NCBI GenBank assembly: GCA_027310535.1
Contig: DAIDAQ010000007.1
Coordinates: forward strand, 1 to 47,547
Reading direction: 5' to 3'
Source: Candidatus Micrarchaeaceae archaeon
Lineage (GTDB): Archaea; Micrarchaeota; Micrarchaeia; Micrarchaeales; Micrarchaeaceae
Length of the DNA: 47,547 nucleotides
The notes below the pieces were generated by a model that saw only the letters and a list, made by a program, of their open reading frames with translations, ran no database searches and was not told the DNA's origin. Below are positions 27,642-33,711 of this stretch, piece after piece; within the stretch, counting starts at the first letter, position 1; each line of letters begins with the position of its first letter. Position numbers and translations under genes: made by a program.

Positions 27642-28100
27642 TTGTTCGTATTCATGCTAATCTTCTACCTGCCTCTCGCTCTGCTTTCGTGGATTCTCAC
27701 TATAAGGAGGCACGGAAGCGACGAGGACGGAGTCGAGCTAGGCATGTCGTACGCCCACTACATCCAGCTCAGGCATGAGGTCGAGATGGAGGAATTGATG
27801 CTGAGAGGCGGTCGCGGCAGCGAGGCCGTATTGGTGGGCGAGAATCAAGACTACGCTCTTGACTACGCCAACGAGCCTAACCACATACTCTTATCGTGGG
27901 CGGCTCAGGTCCAGGCAAGACGGTAACGACAAAAGCCTTCATGACTAGGGCCGCGCTGAAGTACGGCCTGAAGCTTTTGATAATAGACTGGAACGGCGAA
28001 TACGAGAGCCCCGCCGATTCCATAGGCGCGACCACTTGGCACGTGCCTAAGGAGCTAAAGACCAATCCGTTCGCGCTGAGTGGCTCAGATGGCAATTTCT
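27642..28100 (+). pseudogene. Frameshifted and 3'-truncated HerA/VirB4-like (DUF87) P-loop ATPase with an N-terminal TM segment
   Basis: Two frames join as ...YANEPNH/TLIVGGSGPGKTVTTKAF...LKLLIIDWNGEYE (Walker A plus the IIDxxGEY Walker B region). Frameshift near 27884-27888. The ORF is lost near 28100, where an IS fragment begins on the opposite strand. Confidence 0.55.
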
Positions 28101-28264
28101 GCGAAGTCCTTCTTCAGCCTGCGCAATGCAGAACTGAACGCCGCACTGCATGAGTTCCTGATCACAATGCCAGCTCGCGTGCAGCGTTCCAGCAGAAGCG
28201 AGCACTCGCCGCCTTGCCTTTTCACAGTGACGGCCACGCCCAGCTCGCGGGTCAGCCTTGCGCT

Positions 28265-28492
28265 CCTCCACTGCAGCGTCCTGAAGTCCGGCAGCTTGGT
28301 GTAGCCGGAGTCAGCGAACATACTGCAGGTCTCCCTGTAACCCTTGCCTGTCATTTCCTTGACGCCCATCATCGCGAGGATCAGGCATGTTGAATGGTTG
28401 ATCGGTCTGCCCCTGCTCTTTGGCTTCATGGAACTCTCGGCTGCACGCATCAGCTTCCCCGAGACAAAAACGCGGATTTGCTGGTCCTGCAT
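28265..28492 (-). mobile_element. Fragment of a transposase N-terminal region
   Basis: KPKSRGRPINHSTCLILAMMGVKEMTGKGYRETCSMF...LPDFRTLQWR follows the same GRP...Y...YR...(D/P)(Y/F)xTL pattern as the fragment at 2417. The rest of that ORF is antisense to the ATPase pseudogene. Confidence 0.4.
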
Positions 28493-28520
28493 GTATATGC
28501 CAATGGGAATTTACTATCCA

Positions 28521-28539
28521 CAATTATTGGACGGGCTGC
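28521..28539 (+). promoter_or_regulatory. Copy 1 of a 19-nt element CAATTATTGGACGGGCTGC abutting a TATA box (CTATATATAG), about 58 nt upstream of the ATG at 28579
   Basis: Perfect identity with 30675-30693. Contains the small palindrome CAAT-T-ATTG. Confidence 0.5.
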
Positions 28540-28578
28540 CTATATATAGTGAATGCAGGCATCTTGTACTGTGATTAG

Positions 28579-28857
28579 ATGAAAGATGGATGGACCATGT
28601 TTGCAGTCCTACTCTCCGTGGCTGCGTTGACTTCCGTCGTGACGCTGGCTCTTGCCGGCACGTTCGGCAATGGGGGATACGCAGGAGGGTACGGGGGCAT
28701 GATGAGCAGCTATGGGTACATGGGGTACGGGGGCATGATGGGCTACGGCGGCCAGGCTGCTCAGGTGGCTGGGAATTCCACGTACTACAGTGGAATGTTG
28801 GCATACTGCGGCCGCATGATGAGCGCACTCGCAGGAACATACAACTTGAGCCAGTAA
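28579..28857 (+). CDS. Small secreted/anchored Gly-Tyr-Met-rich protein (92 aa)
   Basis: Signal-like MFAVLLSVAALTSVVTLALA, then GGYAGGYGGMMSSYGYMGYGGMMGYGG. Follows promoter copy 1. Confidence 0.5.
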   Translation: MKDGWTMFAVLLSVAALTSVVTLALAGTFGNGGYAGGYGGMMSSYGYMGYGGMMGYGGQAAQVAGNSTYYSGMLAYCGRMMSALAGTYNLSQ

Positions 28858-28881
28858 GGAGGACTGGAAATCCTTGCATGA

Positions 28882-29064
28882 ATGATTGTTGATGACGGGT
28901 GGATGGTGGGTGACAACCAGGCAATAGCCGCCGTCAATCTTGTCGCCGCTCCGGTCGTAATGGCCTTTGTCACCTTTGCATCTGGGCAGTACAACCCGAA
29001 CGCTCAGCAGTTCCACGCCATCATGCAGCGTGGTCTTGCCGGCACCGGACAAAGTAATTTATAA
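28882..29064 (+). CDS. Hypothetical small protein (60 aa)
   Basis: ORF preceded by GGAGGA about 20 nt upstream. One hydrophobic segment. No motif recognised. Confidence 0.3.
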   Translation: MIVDDGWMVGDNQAIAAVNLVAAPVVMAFVTFASGQYNPNAQQFHAIMQRGLAGTGQSNL

Positions 29065-29086
29065 TAGTAATAAAAAAGGTAGCAAT

Positions 29087-29242
29087 ATGAAGGCCTCAAG
29101 GGCGATATGCATGGTATGCGACATGTTCGTAAGCCAAAAGACGCATTTCAAGGCAAGGTTCAAGAGTAAGACCTATTACTTCTGCTGCGACGAGTGCAAG
29201 CATGCGTTTACCAGCAACCCTTACAGGTACACCATAAGTTGA
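29087..29242 (+). CDS. TRASH/YHS-type metal-binding domain protein (51 aa)
   Basis: CMVC-x21-CCDEC fits the TRASH C-x2-C-x19-22-C-x3-C signature and ends NPYRY. AT-rich TTTATAATAG upstream. Confidence 0.7.
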   Translation: MKASRAICMVCDMFVSQKTHFKARFKSKTYYFCCDECKHAFTSNPYRYTIS

Positions 29243-29246
29243 TAAC

Positions 29247-29507
29247 ATGAAAGGCAATGAGTTTTCAAGGATAAGCCCGAAAGCCGCGGCGATAACAGGG
29301 GCAGCAATAGGGTTCCTGGCTTCGCTGACCATGGTTGTGTGGTACGGCATGATGGGCTTTTGGACAGGATACGGAGCAATGGGCTACACGATGGGCTTTG
29401 CGCCCTTGCTGGTCGCGCTGTTTGCCATTATAGTTGCAGTCCTGTTCGGTGCTGCCGCTGGCGGCCTGCTTGCCCTCATATACAACTGGGCGCTGATACT
29501 CAAATAG
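29247..29507 (+). CDS. Small membrane protein (86 aa; Gly/Met/Tyr-rich TM helices)
   Basis: Two or three hydrophobic helices (AAITGAAIGFLASLTMVVWYGMMGFW, LLVALFAIIVAVLFGAAAGGLLALIY). Confidence 0.5.
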   Translation: MKGNEFSRISPKAAAITGAAIGFLASLTMVVWYGMMGFWTGYGAMGYTMGFAPLLVALFAIIVAVLFGAAAGGLLALIYNWALILK

Positions 29508-29515
29508 GTGTTTTG

Positions 29516-29653
29516 ATGAACGACCCAGTATGCAAGATGCCAGTGAACGACAAGTCGGCATTCAGGAGCGAGTACAAAGGTAAGTCCTACCTCTTTTGCT
29601 CCAAGCAATGTAAGGAGAAGTTTGACAAGAGCCCCGAAGCCTACGCAAGGTGA
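29516..29653 (+). CDS. YHS-domain metal-binding protein (45 aa)
   Basis: MNDPVCKMPV...GKSYLFCSKQCKEKFDKSPEAY matches the YHS pattern DPVCGM.V...G..Y.FCS..C...F...P..Y. Confidence 0.7.
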   Translation: MNDPVCKMPVNDKSAFRSEYKGKSYLFCSKQCKEKFDKSPEAYAR

Positions 29654-29659
29654 CGGAAG

Positions 29660-29968
29660 GTGTGGATTTATCAACGTAAGGTGTGCAAGCTGTTCGGCAT
29701 GGGCTGCGAGCTCGCCAGGCAGGGCGCCGCCGCAGCGGTGGAAAAAAGCAGGAAGGCAGTCGGCGAGATAAAGCAGAGATTATTTTGTGCATTTGCATAC
29801 AGCGTTGTACCTGTCCCTGCGGCAGCCTGTACGTCCAGTATGCTTGCTGGCATGCCTCCTGATCCTATTTATTCCGCTGTGGCCATGATGGTCAACCAGC
29901 CCGGAGGTGCGCTGGACTTCTGTGCTGCCTGGAAGATGCAAGCCAGTGCCTGCGGCAAGCATAGTTGA
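29660..29968 (+). CDS. Hypothetical Cys-containing protein (start uncertain: GTG 29660 or ATG 29700)
   Basis: ORF only. No motif recognised. Confidence 0.25.
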   Translation: MWIYQRKVCKLFGMGCELARQGAAAAVEKSRKAVGEIKQRLFCAFAYSVVPVPAAACTSSMLAGMPPDPIYSAVAMMVNQPGGALDFCAAWKMQASACGKHS

Positions 29969-29980
29969 CCTGGGAACAAA

Positions 29981-30430
29981 GTGGTACTAATGCCAAGCAA
30001 GAGAGCAAGGGAAAAAAAGAAGGGAGGGATCGTAGGCGCATTCGGTGGCATATCCGGCGCCGGCAGCGTGATATCCGCGCACAACATCTGCCATTCCGTG
30101 TGCCTGTTGGTGGTTGCGGTTCTATCTCTCTTTGGGGTGCTCGTTTCAAGCAGTGCGCTGATGTTCCTCGAGAACTATAACTTCTTGTTCTGGAGCATTG
30201 GGCTCGTCTTTTTGGCGGTTGCCATCTCCCTCTATGCAAGCAGGCCGCACTGCACATCAAAGAAGCTCATAATGGCTAATTCAGGGCTCCTTTTGGTGGG
30301 GATCCCGTCCCAGCTTGTCGGTTATTACAATCCGCTGTTCTGGATAGCTGGCGGGTTGTTGCTTACCGGCAGCATCGCATGGTACATTAAAGGCAGATTA
30401 GGTGTTAGAGATGTCAAGAAGAAAAAATGA
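29981..30430 (+). CDS. Membrane protein with a CHSVC (C-x3-C) motif at the start of the first TM helix
   Basis: Four predicted hydrophobic helices. Preceded by GGISGAGSVISAHNICHSVC. Located in the metal-associated gene string. Confidence 0.45.
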   Translation: MVLMPSKRAREKKKGGIVGAFGGISGAGSVISAHNICHSVCLLVVAVLSLFGVLVSSSALMFLENYNFLFWSIGLVFLAVAISLYASRPHCTSKKLIMANSGLLLVGIPSQLVGYYNPLFWIAGGLLLTGSIAWYIKGRLGVRDVKKKK

Positions 30431-30668
30431 GAGAAAACTTGCACTGTACCTGCTTCTCGCGGGTATTCTGGCGGTAGCCGCAGTTGCGGCCTACTATTGG
30501 TATGCATCCCGCTTCGGCAGCGCCTACGCGGCGGCCATCGCATCGCAGAATGCGAGCAACGTATGTACACCACCGCAAGGTTATACGCAGGAGCAGTGGC
30601 AGCAGCACATAAGCCACCACCCAGATCAGTATGCGAAGTGCTTCAACCAATCCAACCAAACCACGTAG
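30411..30668 (+). CDS. Membrane-anchored small protein (85 aa)
   Basis: MSRRKNERK plus the TM helix LALYLLLAGILAVAAVAAYYWY, then a soluble tail with two Cys and an HHP motif. Confidence 0.4.
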   Translation: MSRRKNERKLALYLLLAGILAVAAVAAYYWYASRFGSAYAAAIASQNASNVCTPPQGYTQEQWQQHISHHPDQYAKCFNQSNQTT

Positions 30669-30674
30669 CAATGG

Positions 30675-30693
30675 CAATTATTGGACGGGCTGC
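30675..30693 (+). promoter_or_regulatory. Copy 2 of the 19-nt element CAATTATTGGACGGGCTGC abutting a TATA box (ATATAATAT), about 60 nt upstream of the ATG at 30735
   Basis: Perfect identity with 28521-28539. Same spacing to the TATA box and the start codon. Confidence 0.5.
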
Positions 30694-30734
30694 ATATAAT
30701 ATCTGTGTCTACGCATACTGTTGCAGTTGATTGC

Positions 30735-30884
30735 ATGGTAAAGATATTGGAGAGGATTCTCAAGAGGAAGGACAAGGGGCAGGCAGCCACCTCCGAAGCC
30801 CAGCGGGATGATGGGCACTGTGGCAGCCATAAAGGCGCTGATAAGAAGCAGGCGGCCGGCAAGCACGGCAGCGGATGCTGTTGA
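30735..30884 (+). CDS. Small (49 aa) Lys/His/Cys-rich protein ending HGSGCC
   Basis: Hand translation: MVKILERILKRKDKGQAATSEAQRDDGHCGSHKGADKKQAAGKHGSGCC. Follows promoter copy 2. GHCGSH and the terminal CC suggest metal ligands. Confidence 0.35.
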   Translation: MVKILERILKRKDKGQAATSEAQRDDGHCGSHKGADKKQAAGKHGSGCC

Positions 30885-31040
30885 TGACGTGGCGGAGCCC
30901 AGGCAGGTAATTCCGGCAGATAATAAGGTCGAGCGCCGCCAAGGCGCGGCCGTTTCCTTAATACTGCAAGACTATTATAGCTAGATGGTTAGATACCCTA
31001 ATACAGTGTATCTGCGAGCGCAGGCCCTGAAGGTTAAAGC

Positions 31041-31892
31041 ATGCACACTTTGGAACTGGAAAACGTCGACTCGGGCTACGGTGGCAAGGCCGTCCTCCAT
31101 AACATCAGCTTCAAGGCAGGGGAGCCGTCGGTGTATGTGGTGCTCGGGCCGAACGGCGCCGGCAAGACCACGCTGTTCAGGACCATTGCTGGCATACTTG
31201 AGCCGATGGGTGGGAGGGTCCTGCTAGACGGCAGAGAGCTGCAGTCGTCGGGGGAGCTCAAGGGCAGCATAAACTACCTATCGCACTACAACGCGCTACC
31301 GGAGGAGATGACAGCATACAATGCTCTGAAGTTCTACTCGAAGATGGAAGGGGGCGACCCGGACAAGGTAATTGGCATGCTGGGTCTAGAAAACATCAGG
31401 GACAAGAGGATATCTGACCTATCTCAGGGGCAGAAGAAGAGAGTCTCCATCGCAAAGGTGTTCCTCAAGGAGCGCGACCTTTATCTGCTTGACGAGCCCA
31501 CTGCCAGCCTCGACCCAGGCCTGTCGAAGGAGATACGGGACATAATCCTCAGGCTGAGCAAGGACAAGCTCGTTCTCTACTCATCGCACAACCTCTACGA
31601 GGCGACTGACATCGGCATGAACCTCATATTGGTAAAGGAAGGCAGGCTTGCTATGTTCAGCAAGATAGCCAACGTGCGGTCAAAGAGCTACAGGGTGGGC
31701 ATAAGGGCGTCAAAGGACATAACGAAGGTCGTCGCCGCAGAGAAAGACAAGAGCGGTTACTACGTGCTTACGGTATCTAGGCCGGAGGAGGCAGGCAGGG
31801 CCCTCAAGAAGATAGTAGAGAGCGGAATCCTGGTGACTGAGATGCGCGAGCTAGACAATCCGTTGCAGGGGCTGTTCGGTAAGGAGCGGTGA
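31041..31892 (+). CDS. ABC transporter ATP-binding protein
   Basis: Walker A GPNGAGKTT, signature LSQGQKKRVSIA, Walker B LYLLDEPT, and an H-loop. Confidence 0.9.
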   Translation: MHTLELENVDSGYGGKAVLHNISFKAGEPSVYVVLGPNGAGKTTLFRTIAGILEPMGGRVLLDGRELQSSGELKGSINYLSHYNALPEEMTAYNALKFYSKMEGGDPDKVIGMLGLENIRDKRISDLSQGQKKRVSIAKVFLKERDLYLLDEPTASLDPGLSKEIRDIILRLSKDKLVLYSSHNLYEATDIGMNLILVKEGRLAMFSKIANVRSKSYRVGIRASKDITKVVAAEKDKSGYYVLTVSRPEEAGRALKKIVESGILVTEMRELDNPLQGLFGKER

Positions 31893-32692
31893 TTGGCAAG
31901 ATGCACGGCAAGAAACAAGGATTCGCAAGCAGGCCGAGCATTGTAACGGCTGGGAGGGCGATGGGCATCAGTAAGACGTATACCGCAATGGCGGTGTTCT
32001 TCATCATACTCGCGATTGTGGCATGGAACCCCGCTTACTACACGAAGGCTGCAGGGGCCAACAGCACTGCGTCAAATTCCACGCTTGTGGGCAATGCCAT
32101 ATCAAAGGTTGTGGCTTCTGGCAATGGCGCAGGAGCGCCAGGAGGGATTGCCTTCCTTGCGGTCCCGCTGGACATCACCCCTGGCATAATTGTGTCCATG
32201 GCCGTGCTGATACTCTTCGTTTACGACAAGAACGCGGGGGTCCTTGAGTATATGCTCTCGCTTGGAATGTCCCCCCGCGACATATACATGAGATACCTGA
32301 AGGCCGCGCTGCTTCTGGCCTCCCCGGTGATGCTGGTATTTGCTGCCGGCGATCTCCTTTACATAAGCGTGCTCTTCGGTGCAGGGACTGCAGCTACACT
32401 GCTTCCCGTGCAGTTGATAACCCTGCCGCTGTCCCTGGCTGTGGTTGCGTTCACGGTCATGGCGATGATGGCGTTTAGCTCCCTACAGAAGACGAGGGCT
32501 GGCAGCAACCAGCCGGTCGCGCTGATCGTGGGGTATGCGACTACCATACCAGCATACCTTTCTGCCATCTTCCTGCCGTTCACAAAGGCGATGTATGCCG
32601 ATGCCGCACTGGTTGCCGCGCTGGCCGTCGTGTCGCTCGCCTTCCTAAGATATTCAGGGAAGCTTATAAAGCGCGAAAAGTTGCTCCCGTGA
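31889..32692 (+). CDS. ABC-2-type transporter permease-like membrane protein
   Basis: Its start overlaps the ATPase stop by 4 nt. Multiple TM helices. The exact start is uncertain. Confidence 0.55.
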   Translation: MIGKMHGKKQGFASRPSIVTAGRAMGISKTYTAMAVFFIILAIVAWNPAYYTKAAGANSTASNSTLVGNAISKVVASGNGAGAPGGIAFLAVPLDITPGIIVSMAVLILFVYDKNAGVLEYMLSLGMSPRDIYMRYLKAALLLASPVMLVFAAGDLLYISVLFGAGTAATLLPVQLITLPLSLAVVAFTVMAMMAFSSLQKTRAGSNQPVALIVGYATTIPAYLSAIFLPFTKAMYADAALVAALAVVSLAFLRYSGKLIKREKLLP

Positions 32693-32734
32693 GCATTGGG
32701 CCCGCCCAGGCAAGGCTATTATACTATTGGTCCG

Positions 32735-33004
32735 ATGTTCCATTGTGATAGCTTGCCGATATACGAAGACCCGAAGGACGTGAAACCAAAGAGCCTGGAC
32801 CTGGAGAGGGCGAGGCAGTCGTTGATCGAGGAGCTGCAGGCGATAGACTGGTACCAGGAGAGGATAGACGCGACGAAGAGTGCATCTCTGAAGAGAATAC
32901 TCGAGCACAACCGTGACGAGGAGAAGGAGCACGCCGCGATGCTTCTGGAATGGGTCAAGGCAAACGATCCCGTGCAGGCAAAGAAGTTCGTCGAGCACGA
33001 CTGA
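32735..33004 (+). CDS. EncFtn-type (encapsulated-ferritin family) ferritin-like protein, stand-alone
   Basis: LIEELQAIDWYQERIDA...LEHNRDEEKEHAAMLLEW matches the EncFtn signature (LIEELEAVDWYQQR...HN..EE.EHA.M.LEW). ATG at 32735 verified. Confidence 0.7.
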   Translation: MFHCDSLPIYEDPKDVKPKSLDLERARQSLIEELQAIDWYQERIDATKSASLKRILEHNRDEEKEHAAMLLEWVKANDPVQAKKFVEHD

Positions 33005-33069
33005 TTGCAGTTAATGGAGGCTGTTCCGGCCCCGGCTCGCGGGGTCGAGGTACAATTGTACAGGAGAGC

Positions 33070-33624
33070 CTAAAGGATGAATACCGCGGCAGCTACTGCA
33101 CACGTCCACATTCCGTCCTTGCCCACTACGGCAGATTGGGTTACATCTGACGTCTTCACTATCTTGTTGCTCATCTTGAAGACCTGCTCCTTCTCGTCCC
33201 ATTCAGAGTTTGCGTCAAACTCTATTCCCAGAGTAGACGCGAGCATTGTTGCTGCAAGGTCCTCAGCCTTCCCGCCTGCTATCTGGTCGTTTTCACCGTG
33301 TGCTTCATATTCACTGAGGTAGCCGTACTGCTGTGCGTCTTTTGGCAATGCTACACCGATGCTCGCCGCCATAAGCCTGTTCGGCTCGTTAGATTCTATC
33401 CTGCTTAGCACCAAAAACGTCACGCCGCCGGGTTTTAGCTCCTGCAGCCCGGCCTCTTTTGTCACCACGCTGACGTTCGGAGGGACGATGCTCGAAACCC
33501 TGACTAGGTTGAACTTCTCTATCCCAGCATCGCGCAGCGCAGCCTCGAATGCAGCAAGCTTTGCCTTTGCTTTTCCTACCCCTTTTGTGAAGAACATCTT
33601 TTTGGGTACTAAGTTTCCTTCCAT
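33070..33624 (-). CDS. pdaD: Pyruvoyl-dependent arginine decarboxylase
   Basis: VPKKMFFTKGVGKAKAKLAAFEAALRDAGIEKFNLVRVSSIVPP, including the self-processing Ser-Ser site. Confidence 0.88.
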   Translation of the reverse strand: MEGNLVPKKMFFTKGVGKAKAKLAAFEAALRDAGIEKFNLVRVSSIVPPNVSVVTKEAGLQELKPGGVTFLVLSRIESNEPNRLMAASIGVALPKDAQQYGYLSEYEAHGENDQIAGGKAEDLAATMLASTLGIEFDANSEWDEKEQVFKMSNKIVKTSDVTQSAVVGKDGMWTCAVAAAVFIL

Positions 33625-33675
33625 CTTGATTTCTTCCCTGCCGTTGTTGATTAGCAGAGCATATTTGATTGAAAT

Positions 33676-33686
33676 CCTTATAAAAC
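33676..33686 (+). promoter_or_regulatory. TATA box (CCTTATAAAAC) about 30 nt upstream of the giant ORF's ATG
   Basis: Read directly. The spacing suggests a leaderless or very short-leader mRNA. Confidence 0.45.
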
Positions 33687-33711
33687 TTTACATCAAAGCT
33701 TCAGTGATGCA

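Noticed and set aside
28609-29052. 147-aa minus-strand ORF, and other His/Cys-rich antisense ORFs in the 28.5-30.3 kb region.
   Set aside because: They mirror the Gly/Tyr/Met-rich and YHS/TRASH plus-strand genes. The plus-strand genes have promoters, known motifs and tight spacing.
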